Shown here piece by piece: positions 13,401 through 23,960 of a DNA stretch of 64,000 nt (positions within the stretch are counted from its first letter, which is position 1; each line of letters opens with the position of its first letter). The stretch comes from Takakia lepidozioides. Its lineage: Eukaryota > Plantae > Bryophyta. Where the stretch lies: assembly GCA_030704615.1 (NCBI GenBank), contig CM060732.1, forward strand, positions 39,432,001-39,496,000, written 5' to 3'. Both the position numbers and the translations under genes were made by a program. The notes beneath the pieces are model-generated. The model had not been told where the DNA came from. It saw only the letters and a list, made by a program, of their open reading frames with translations, and searched no databases.

Positions 13401-16400
13401 TTTGAACCTTCTGTTTATTGGGATGCAGGTTACATACATACAGCCATAAATGATGGGCCAGGCTGTCTGATGTTGCGGTGCGCTGACCCAGCATGCGCTG
13501 CTGCTATTGGGGAAGATATAGTGGTGATGTTAGTCCCACAAGAGGATCAAATGAAGTTCACACGTTACCTTCTGAGATCTTATGTTGAAGACAACCGGAA
13601 GGCAAGACTTTTCTCTCAAGAGCTTTTTATGGAAGTTTATCTAAGAAGTTGAAGAGATGTGAAAGGCGATGAACTTGTTTAGGTGCATAAAATGGAAACT
13701 TGAGCTCTTTGATTATTCAGGATTGGGTGTTGTAGAATATAGGAAGAGTTTCTAGTCAGAGAGGTCATCATCAGGGAAGTGGTGTTAGATTCTTGAGCTC
13801 TCTACGCATTTGTTTCTGGCTCTTCACTGTGTACCGTTGTGTTGGCATGCTAAAGCAAGTAGTGCTGGTATTGATGTAGCTCAATAACCATATGAGATGT
13901 CATATGACTTTGTTATACTACACAATGAACACCACTGCCTACCAATTCTCAGTGTATCTTCAATTTTCCATGTACCTTATCTATAGCTGACCAAGAGTAT
14001 GAATTTTCTTATGAAGGTTCTTAATTGCCTTTGTAGGCCTTCTTCTATCGGTGTATTAGTCTTTCTCATAAAGTTCCTGTTGAAGGTCTTGGTGTGTACT
14101 TGTGGTGTTTGGGCTTGGACTGAGGTATGGGGCTGGTTTCATAGGTCAAATGGTGCCCAGCCCCAGGGTGTGATTATGCAGTGGAGTTCATTCCTGTCAT
14201 TGGTTCCTATGACGTGATTTGCAACTGTGGGCATAATTTCTGCTGGAATGTAAGTTATGCTTCACCTGATAGATACTTCCTGTTGTATTCCTGCCTGATT
14301 AGAAAGATTTCATGTGCATTATATCTCAGGCCAATGGAAGAGGGCACTGGTTTGAATTGCTACTTTCTCTCAGTGTCAGGAGGAGGCGCATCGTCCAGTG
14401 GATTGCGACACAGTCAACAAGTGGATATTAAAAAACTCCGCCGAGTCTGAGAACATGAACTGGTAAGATGGATCCTCATGCGCTTCGACACTATGGAGTG
14501 TCCTCATTAAACTCGGCTAGTGCAGGTTCACACCAGTGTTTATATATCCTGACATCAGCATTCTGACCCTATCCTGGGATATGGTCTCTGTTAGTCAGCC
14601 TTTGGTTATTTCATGGGTTTGGTCACACTGTTATTGGCATAGGAAAGCCATTTTTGGGTCTTCACATTGTTCGGCTTGTGATGCCTTTTTGTTGCTGAGA
14701 GCCTTGGCAGGTTATGCATTTGAAGGCGTATCCCAGGTACACATTGTATGTGACAAGCTGCAAGTTGGTGTTGTGTGTGTAGGATTCTGGCGAATAGCAA
14801 GCCCTGCCCCAAATGTAAGCGGCCGATCGAGAAGAACCAAGGCTGCATGCATATCACTTGCACTCCCCCTTGTAAATTTGAGTTTTGCTGGTAACTGCCT
14901 AGCCCTCACAGTGACTACATTCTTCTAGGCTGTTAAGTTGTCTGTAGAACTCTGACAGGTTACGGAGCTGCAACCCTGTCCAAGGTTTTTCAGATACTTG
15001 GTTTAAGTGACGGTATAAAATGGATGACAGACTACATGCATTGAACCTGAATACGTTCGATGAAATAAAGGTTTATATTCACCTTCGTGTTATTTGCATT
15101 GTTGCAGGCTTTGTTTTGGTCCATGGGCTGATCATGGTGAGCGGACAGGAGGATTTTATGCATGCAATCGGTACGAGACTGCTAAGCAAGAAGGCGTGGT
15201 ATGCTGATGGACTCTTTTTGTTTTTGGCCTACCCTGTGATTTTCTACTATCAGAGGTTCCTCTTGTTATTGATAATGATCATCTGCCTTGGTCAGACAAA
15301 GTAAGCCCTAGATATGGTGAGGTTCTTTGCATACGCAGGAGAAGAACAGCGATCTGGCTTGACACGTTGGCACAGATTTTACCTTACTTTTATGGTCAGG
15401 TGAAGTTCCACGAGGTTGTCGGGTCAGTTTGTGTTCTATCCTTTTTCATGGGGTAATATTTGTTGCTGGTTGTCATTGGCACAGTATGATGAAGCAGAGA
15501 GGAGAAGGGAGATGGCGAAGAACTCGCTGGAGCGGTATACACATTATTATGAACGTTGGGCTACAAATGAATCTGTACGTGTTGGTTGAAGTGACAATCA
15601 ATTTATCTTTGTTTCTTTGTGTGTTCAATCTACTTTTTTAACACCTGATGTTGTGCCTATGTAAGACTGTTGTGGCCTGAGACTGCTTTTTAATATTTTC
15701 ATTGATCGAGTCTTCCCATGTGTGCAGTCAAGGGCGAAGGCTCTTGCTGATCTTCAGGATATGCAGCAAGTGCAGGTACGAAGAAATTCTACCAGTTCGG
15801 TTAATGTTTACGAGGCTATATCTTATGATGCAAATCTACCTGACATTCAGCTATGTACTTTGAACACTTGGGTGAGGTCCTGTGCCACCGTGGAAGAAAA
15901 GCCACACATACTCTGGATTGATGTTCTTACTTCATTCCGTGCAGATTGAGAAGTTGAGTGATAGGCAGCACCAACCTGACGCCCAGCTGAAGTTTGTCAC
16001 TGAGGCTTGGCTGCAGGTAAGAGACATGTTCTTTTGACTTAAGGATATGTGTCATCCTGCCTGTTGAGTATGGCCGAGTCTTTGCATCGATTCGGAGATG
16101 GAGACTGGATTCCTGTAGCTTACTTGCATGTTGGGGAGGGATTCTGGCTTCTGAAATGCTTCACAGTGTGGAGGTCTGTGTCTAGAGTAGTTAACCTTGA
16201 GACTAACGAGATCCTGTTTTTGGTAGATTGTGGAGTGCCGGCGTGTTTTAAAATGGACATACGCGTATGGGTACTACCTACCTGAGGAGGAGGATGCAAA
16301 GCGAAGGTTTTTTGAGTATTCACAAGGTTCATATCTCAACTCAATTGATTACTCCCATTCCATCCTGAGAAGCCGCCAAGGTCTTAAGTGTACTGTTTAT

Positions 16401-17134
16401 TAGGGACAACAATCTTGCGGTGTTGTGCTTGTCCTGGCTAATGTGGCAATCATGACGGAATGTGCATCACTGGACATTTCAGGTGAGGCGGAGGCTGGGT
16501 TGGAGCGGCTGCATCAGTGTGCAGAAAAAGAATTGCAAACATTTCTGGAGGGAGATGAGCCTTCCACCACATTCAATGACTTCCGTACCAAACTGGCTGG
16601 GTTGACCAGGTGAGGTTCCCCTTAATTTTTTGTTTCCAGACCTCCAACCTTAGATATCAAGCTTATATTTAAGGTCATGCGATATGCCTGTTGTTCAAAT
16701 TACAGATGGAAATTCTCAGAAGGCTGATAGAGTGGGCATACCCCAGTCCTTTTGTGCTCCCCCATCCATGTAATCTAGTTTGTTGACTTGGCAATCAGGA
16801 AGGAGGCTACGCAGGTTGAGATTTGTGTTCTACTATGCTCATGCTGTTATCACTTGACACTTGTGGCAGTATAACAAGGACGTATTTCGAGAACTTGGTG
16901 CGTGCATTAGAGAATGGGCTATCTGATGTGGACATCACAAAGGGTGGCACCAAGTCAAGCAGCAGCAGTTCCAAGGCCCCAGTTAGCTCGAAGAACAGAG
17001 GGCCCAGGGCAAAAGTTGGAGCATCCAGAAGTCACACTGGCAGTGATTCAAACCACTGGTCTTGTGAGTATTGTACCTATGCCAATACTACATCGGACCA
17101 TGTGTGTGTCATCTGTAGCAACCCTCGCTCTTAG
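7418..17134 (+). CDS. ARI: ARIADNE-family RBR E3 ubiquitin ligase (ARI7/ARI8-like), 15 coding exons
   Basis: Exons 7418-7600, 7981-8105, 12443-12551, 12707-12797, 13429-13601, 14145-14249, 14374-14462, 14783-14890, 15108-15198, 15485-15574, 15728-15775, 15945-16016, 16227-16326, 16483-16609, 16870-17134 join in phase. Acidic N-terminus, RING1 (CGICF...[10 protein letters not shown]), IBR (KWCPAPGC...[11 protein letters not shown]), RING2 ([19 protein letters not shown]), Ariadne domain ([22 protein letters not shown]), C-terminal RanBP2-type finger ([10 protein letters not shown]...CVIC). Confidence 0.95.
8141..10748 (+). mobile_element. 5'-truncated non-LTR retrotransposon (RTE/RTEX-like), copy A, in ARI intron 2
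   Basis: RT motifs [52 protein letters not shown] and a C-terminal CPLC..HFLIHC finger. Stop at 9040-9042 plus frameshifts. Flanked by the 15-bp duplication TCTCTCCGTCTCTCT (8126-8140 / 10750-10764). Confidence 0.9.
10773..10950 (+). mobile_element. Short 3'-end copy B of the same LINE
   Basis: Near-identical to 10563-10748. Flanked by the identical 15-mer TCTCTCTCTCAGGGC (10758-10772 / 10951-10965). Confidence 0.9.
10961..11404 (+). mobile_element. 3'-end copy C of the same LINE
   Basis: Homologous to ~10305-10748 (zinc-finger region to ...GTCTTATGAGTACA), followed by a TC-rich tail. Confidence 0.9.
12223..12283 (-). mobile_element. ~60-bp 3'-terminal copy D of the same LINE, inverted, inside a (GA)n tract
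   Basis: Reverse complement CTCAAACTGGGGGCGGGGTCAATGGCCACAAGGCTACGGCAAACAACGTCTTATGAGTACA matches the LINE terminus. (TC)n lies on both sides in element orientation. Confidence 0.9.
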
Positions 17135-18633
17135 GATCACACTATTGTCACAACTCTGCCCAATTCTCTCAGACCTCAGTCCCCTGCCTCAGATTCAAGG
17201 CTACGTGTGTGTTTCCCATGTCTGACATTCTTCTACGACTATTGTTCTCCACCGTCCCTGAATTTTTCCAGCCCGACCTCCTTGCATTCAGTTGTGGATA
17301 AAGGACAGCCACTTTCTACAGTCATTGAGAAAGCCAGCAGCATCTGCCAGTATAAGCTTTGCAAATTCTCATGAATGAGATGAAAGGATATCCCCAGCAT
17401 GTGGGTATATGTACTCTACTTATTGACCTTGCAGCATGTTAGGCCCACCCAGTCATGGGGACAAGTTTGGGGCACTGTGGTGGACAAAAATTATTAAGGC
17501 CACATTTAGGAGGGTTCCTTTGAATCGCCGGAAAACTGGTGTTTAAAAATGTACAAATCTTTCCTTGTAACTTGTGGATTAGCTGGTGCTGCTATTCCAG
17601 TGGGTGGATATGTTGGCATTAGAACTTAAAATCGTGTGGGGAACCAGGCATGGGAAAGGATCGGTATGGGGACTATCCTTGGCAGCTACCGTTTTATTGA
17701 TGTGATGTGAAAACTCTTTAACATGGATTGTGGTGAGTAGCTCCAAGCCGTGAGCTAGTCAGGCATGAAATTGGTAATCTTCCCACTTTCCGTTTCCGAG
17801 TTTATTGCACATTGAGTTGTACTTGATGCCTTTTGTGTATTTTTCCACATATCTTATGTAGTTGAATTCTGAATCGAAGCTTGGCTTGGGTCTTGACAAG
17901 ACCCGGGTTTTTACTAGTTTCTGGTGGTGTATGAATGCTAGAACTATGAAGGTATGAACTATATTAAGTTGATGGGTTGTCTGCACCATGGTTGCCAGGG
18001 GATTCCCACATCGGTGTTCTTGTGTTCTTACTCATTTCCATTGAGTTCATTAGCCAATTTCTTCCTTAACTACAATGGGCACATGGCAATTATGCTCATG
18101 GGGACAGCAATTGTCGACGTGGAAGGGATGAGTTGAAGAATCCCCTTAATGTGATCTTCTCCATTTCAGTTTTGAATTCTCAGTAGTTATGGTCTCTACA
18201 AGCTTGGTGGTAGCATTCCATGTTTCAGATTTTCCTGGCCCAATAATATGATGAGCAAAGAGAGTTTTGTGGTGGTGACGCATTACATACCAAAAGTCAC
18301 AGCATGTGCAGCTATGAAGAAGTTACCTACAATCTGAGCATGCATCTGATCATTCGGCTTCATCAAACCCCCTGTTTGCAGCCTGGTTTATGATGTGACA
18401 ACCTGTTTTGTTGATTGTCTCTGAACAGAACTGAAGCCTCTAAAGTTCCAGATTGCCTTGGAGCCCTAATATCTCTACTACATCAACATCAAAGTCACCC
18501 AAGCCATTGATGCACAAGAGCCAGAAGTGGTAACACAATCTCAAGAGTATCCTGGTGCTTCTTCAGCAGTGGGTTCCAAGATAAGTTGCTGTAGTGGAAG
18601 TTGGCCAAAAGATCTTACTCCCCACAAACTTCT

Positions 18634-18727
18634 GACAGGGTCCACCCTCGAAAGGGGGCAGTAGCCGCTAGGCAAAGTGGCAAGTGGCTCTTAGTTACGC
18701 CGGCTTAGGCTGGAGTCTTCTTCTTCT
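18634..18727 (+). mobile_element. Short copy of the Dualen-like LINE 3'-end module with a (TTC)n tail
   Basis: Shares the 25-nt identical core AAGTGGCTCTTAGTTACGCCGGCTT (18682-18706) with 22182-22206 and aligns with the reverse complement of the 20825-21106 units. Confidence 0.7.
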
Positions 18728-20500
18728 GCATCCCATCCCAAACGTGTCGTTCTTACAAAAGGGCTTTGGAGAGTCACGTCAACTCTCACAATGTTTCCTC
18801 AAAATCTTAGGATACGAGACTCTCTCACAAATTCTCAGGACTAGTCTGGAGATGACGTCCGAATCAAGGAAGATCTCTTTCCAACAAAAGTGAGAACATG
18901 GTGGAAGTACCAGAGACTGTTGGAAATCGGTATGACATCATCCTTAGGGCTGCAAGAATGAATCTCCCTCTACAAACAACAGAGCAGGAACAGGAGCAAA
19001 AGACCAGGAATGTTACCGACAGGGTCGGGGCCAGGTAAGTGCACAGACTCTTCCCTGAGCGTAGACAATGAAAAGTCAAACATTCAGCGTTGAAAAGTGT
19101 CGGACTGCGCAAAGAAGATCTACCAACTTCTCAAATGCAGGGAGGGGCAGAGCCTTTTCGATCGATGGCGCAAGGTCAACACGCTGGAAGAAAGCTGATC
19201 AGTGTCCGTAACAGCTAGTGGGCCATCTGTCCTCTGACTGCACACTACCCATTCTCTGGGCGAGACCTGCATGCAGACAGTGACGACGACGACGACGCTT
19301 ATTAGTCCTAACGACCACTGAGAGATTGACGGCCTTGGCGTTCTAATAAGGCCACAAGGCACGACATTAATGGTACAGTCCACTCTCTCTAATTTCAGCT
19401 AACAGTTGGAGAGGCTTAACACTTGCACAAGTAATACTTACATAGACAAACTTGTGTCTCCGACTCCACATACATTGGGGTGCGAGCCTTGGCTTCTACC
19501 TGGATAATGAAATGCTACCCACTCTAAACTTCTGGGATTTGATGCCAAAAGGGCAACTCAATTCACAGGAACATGATATTTCACCTTCTCATCCCAATTG
19601 TACACATCCAGGAGCACCTCAGTACACAATCTTCCCCTGAAAAGCCCCCACACAGGCTAACTCATAGGTTTCATAACCCTCCACCTAGGGTTGAGCCCTA
19701 AGACACGTGTCAGAAACTAACAAATGCCGCACCCATGAATGATCTGAGCCATTGAGCCACGAACGGCGAGAATGGCCCATATGCCATAAAATATATTTTC
19801 TTCCATGGATTATGGGTCTAAGTTAAACAATTTCATGACATTATAAGGTTTTTGCTCAAGATAGGCCTATGTGTGTAAAACACACCAATAGTAGTCTTCT
19901 CCAACAATTACCGTACAAGTCAAAGTCGAGTTTAAATTTTAGTTAAAGTCTAGAGTTAGATTGGTATTGAAGCAAGTTGTGGAAAGTCTATAAAATTGAT
20001 TTCCTAGAAAATACACTGAATGTTTGGTAGTTGAAGACAAATTAGGTAGTTGAAAAGGGGTAGACTGTAGATTGAGGTGCAACTCATTCATTAGATGGAC
20101 CCATTACCAAAATCCTCCAAAGATAAGTGTTGCTAGTTGTGGGAATTGGTAACAGGATCTGGATCAGCACAGTTGACCCCCAATGGACCTCTTAGACCTA
20201 ACTTACATGAGAATCACAAATTTGAAAGGAATATACGGATGAACTGCAACATTGTGAGATGATGGTTTATATCGATACTGATTGGTACATGGTCCTCTTG
20301 TTGTCATGGTTTTCTCTCCTTTAAAAAAAAAGAAGTGAGCATGATGCACTTTTGGGATCTCATTAGCATTAAGCCGGAAGAAAGCATGACGTAATGGCAC
20401 TCTAGCTTGTATTTTTCGAAGGCATATGATGGTGACTAGTAATATATGCCAGGATCCACGTCTTGGAGCAGTAAGGTGCGCAAGCATCAATTGAGCATAT

Positions 20501-20501
20501 A

Positions 20502-20542
<41 letters not shown>

Positions 20543-20558
20543 GGGGCTTGGAAGAATC

Positions 20559-20598
<40 letters not shown>

Positions 20599-20622
20599 TG
20601 AAATGACTTAAGAGGTGTAGGA
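20501..20622 (+). rRNA. Isolated ~120-bp fragment of cytosolic 25S/26S LSU rRNA (non-functional)
   Basis: ACTGTCCCTATCTACTATCTAGCGAAACCACAGCCAAGGGAA.GGGCTTGG..GAATCAGCGGGGAAAGAAGACCCTGTTGAGCTTGACTCTAGTCCG is the conserved eukaryotic LSU sequence. A small deletion follows CTAGTCCG and the flanks are not rDNA. Confidence 0.9.
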
Positions 20623-20824
20623 CTCTATTAGGAGGTAGTCACGAAAACGCCACAAATTTTTTTGAGTAATATAATCTTGCGCCTTACCTCGATAGAATCC
20701 CCGGAACTTATCTCGGATATCAGAATCTTTCAAAGTATTAAACCAGAACAACAAATAAAAGTTAAAAAGAGATCAAATTTACCATTATGCAACAGCACGT
20801 TCTTAATATAGATCACTCATTGCG

Positions 20825-21106
20825 TTGTTGGTATATATATGTATGCGACTCCAACCGAAGCCAGCGTAAATAAGAGCCTATTCCCCTTGCTGGTACTGCC
20901 CCCTTTTAGGGGTGGGCTCTATCCGCACCGTACCCTGTCGCACAGCGGCTAGCTGGCATTTGTTGGTATATATATGTATGCGACTCCAACCGAAGCCAGC
21001 GTAAATAAGAGCCTATTCCCCTTGCTGGTACTGCCCCCTTTTAGGGGTGGGCTCTATCGGCACCGTAACCTGTCGCACAGCGGCTAGCTGGCATTTGTTG
21101 GTATAT
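20825..21106 (-). mobile_element. Tandem pair (135-bp period) of Dualen-like LINE 3'-end modules with (TA)n tails
   Basis: The two units differ at 2 positions. TTGTTGGTATAT occurs at 20825, 20960 and 21095 (TSD-like). The reverse complement matches LINE 63034-63078 at 39/45 nt. Confidence 0.85.
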
Positions 21107-21262
21107 GGACAGCCCCAAAGCACATGGGACTTGATTTTAGGAAGACCAGACATGGTTTAGGGATTTTCTAATTACAATTGCTTCAATAAAGGTTACTGAT
21201 TGGGAGTTGAAGGATTGTTTGAATGTTTTTACAATTCAAACCACAGTCTCGGGCTCCCCTTA

Positions 21263-21564
21263 GAGCATGCCCAACAGGCGCTCTATCTGGCGCTCTATCT
21301 GGCGCTCTATCTTCAAAATAGCGCGGCCAACGGGATCGCGTGTCCCTCACGCTTCAAAATGGTGACTCTATCCAAGTTTCGTCCCACGCGAGGGGCAGGT
21401 GGCGGGGCCCACGGTCACCTTAGCCTGCCGCCATTACTCTACTACTACTACGGATATGGTGGGTTATTGCTGGGGCCCGCACTATCTACCTTGCCTGCCT
21501 CACCATACACCTCACTAATGTACTGATAGAATGGCAATTGAGTGAGCCACTGTTGGGCATGCTC
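21263..21564. mobile_element. Tourist-like (PIF/Harbinger) MITE, 302 bp
   Basis: Perfect 15-bp TIRs GAGCATGCCCAACAG / CTGTTGGGCATGCTC, TTA target duplication on both sides, internal (GGCGCTCTATCT)x3. Confidence 0.9.
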
Positions 21565-22143
21565 TTACTTGTCTAAGTTAATTTAATTTTGAAGAACTTT
21601 TAAAGAATAGTAGTCCTATGTGCTTGCAATATGGATGGAGAATTGACAGGTGATGATGATCAATTGTCATGATGGACGTATGCAAAGATCATGATTTGAA
21701 TCATGTAGGACATTGATTTTTCCATTCCGTACCTTAGACATCTTGTTGTCAACGGTTGTTTGTTAAAGACTTTGCAGCCGTCACATTGACAAACATAGCG
21801 GCCTCATCTCATGCGATGAAGTGAAACCAACTGTGAATGTCATATTCGCCAAAAACAAATGCACTCTCATTGGTAATGACAACTTGCCGACAAGGTTGGT
21901 CTTTGAGTAGTGGCAAGTTAGTGAAGTTAGTGTTAGGTTTGTGATCATATTGTGTGTATCGTCTACGTGACGTAGTTGCGTGCCGCCTCAAAATAAGCCA
22001 AAACCAACAGCTGTGCATGGTTTGATACTTCGTAATCTGCGAAACTTTCTTAAGTTATAAGACCCATATTGAAAAGTTATTAGAAGATGTGACCACTGTC
22101 ATCATCACATTTAACAACTAGCATGCTATTTTGTTTTGTCTTT

Positions 22144-22230
22144 ATAGGGCACATCTTGAAAAGGGCAATAGTCGCAAGGTGAAGTGGCTCTTAGTTACGC
22201 CGGCTTTGGCGGAAGCGCTCTTCTTCTTCT
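22144..22230 (+). mobile_element. Short copy of the Dualen-like LINE 3'-end module with a (TTC)n tail
   Basis: Homologous to 18634-18727. TGTCTTTA occurs on both flanks (possible TSD). Confidence 0.7.
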
Positions 22231-23693
22231 TTTGTGTCTTTACAGTGTTATTAAGTTGTGAATCTTAGAGTGGTGAATTTTGAACCATTTATAGTATCGG
22301 TGCTGATTCTCCCTAGAATATTAGAAAAGGACATCATATGTTTTATCAGGATGATTAATGTTGAGAAATAATTTTCCTAGGATGGACTATATCTCATACT
22401 AATGGGTGACTATTTCTAATTTCTGTTTGTTGGTAATTATTACTATAACATAAGTTGTGAATGGTTGATCTTATGAAACAATCTGATACAACAATCGATT
22501 ATTCTAGCTAGCCAAAAAGAGTAATGTTCAAGCCGATACGTCTAAAAGCTCGCTTTAAGAAGACCCAATTCTTATCACTTTTTATGATATCCACTAGTGT
22601 CGTACCACTATATATTTTAAAATATTTTATACCTGTCCATATTGAATATAATCCATAAATATCTGAGTATGGCTAGGTAGTATTAAATTAAGTTAGTAAA
22701 TATTATATTACTGAATTTTGATATGTTTTATTAAATGTAGTACTTAAATATTATACTACGTCAATTTTGACTTCAGGCATGGCAAAAGACATGACATACA
22801 TAATATACAAAGATGTCAACTATATGTAATCATTGGAAAGCCAAGGAGAAGCCAAGGGTTGTTATAATTGGACGTATTATCCTTTCTCGTTTCAAAAAAG
22901 GGAGAAGAAGGAAATAAAAAAATAAAAAATTGTGGATTTGTTGACTTAGTTATTTTCCATATTGAACCCTTGGAAGCAGTTTTATCAAGTTGAAACATCA
23001 ACACTGTTAGTATATTATTTTCTTGATTTTATTCATTGGAATCAAATGGATGTCTCATACTATCATTGGTTGGCTTAGTGACTACAAAATCTCCAAATTC
23101 TCAATAGAAGGGATTTTAAATCTTTTTTTTATGGAAATTTTCTCACCAAACAAATCTTACTTCTTGGATCAATGATACTTCGAATGTTGTGAGGATTGGA
23201 GCTTGTCAACTGTTATTTTGTTTTATTAAAATCACATTAAATTCTAACCTGGGATAGACGATTAGAATTAACAAGTCTATATTAAAACATGATTTTAAAT
23301 GAAAACATTTGGCATGTAGTGTAGGTCTGGTAAGAATTGACATAAATATCATATCTTAGAAAAATAAAAATCAATGAGTTGTACCAGCCACAAAGGTCAA
23401 GGAACTAAATGCATGTTCAGATCTTCTAGTGAATCACAAAGCTACTTTGACATATATTATGATATTCCCATCTCACTCCTGATAGAAGATATTATTAAAA
23501 AATTGATGTCTCGAGGTGGTGATGTCGACGAAGTATAAGGATGTGCAACCATCAATTCATCCGCCGAGTATCAAATTAGAAAGTATTTGATCACAGAGTT
23601 TAACGCCTAAAACATGCTCTCAATATGCTCTCACATACACACATAATGAGGACATAACGAGGAGAAATCACTGAAGACTCTCGCCTAAACAAG

Positions 23694-23960
23694 TATAATT
23701 CATGGTGTCACTTCATCATGAAGAACTAGTGTTGCCTTCCATTTGAAAAATGGATACTAGGTTTTAACGACTATAACCGACGCAATGCACGTGGTTGTCC
23801 AACCTTCCCTTAAGAACTTGAAAGTCCTGACCAAGTACCCATATAAGTAACTATTTGACTTAGTTAGCCTCATTTACTAGCTAGGTTTTCACACACTACG
23901 AATCTAATAGACGAAGACCCAAAGATTGAAATGTGATGGAGGTAATTGCACAATTGACCA
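23694..23960. mobile_element. Left-end remnant of the TIR element family seen at 36644-38113
   Basis: TAATTCATGGTGTCACTTCATC...CTAGT...TTCC...TGGATA parallels 36645-36710. No right TIR found. Confidence 0.55.

Noticed and set aside
20825-21106. HDV-like or hammerhead ribozyme in the LINE 3' module ((G)GCCAGC could pair with GCUGGCU, and CGCCGGCU in other copies recalls HDV P1)
   Set aside because: No P3/L3 (UCCUCGC-like), P1.1 GG or J4/2 catalytic C arrangement, and no CUGANGA core. Only the generic structured-RNA claim is kept.
21650-22100. Cys-rich minus-strand remnant (YVCQCDGC), possibly a CxC/SWIM transposase
   Set aside because: Many stops and insufficient motif support.
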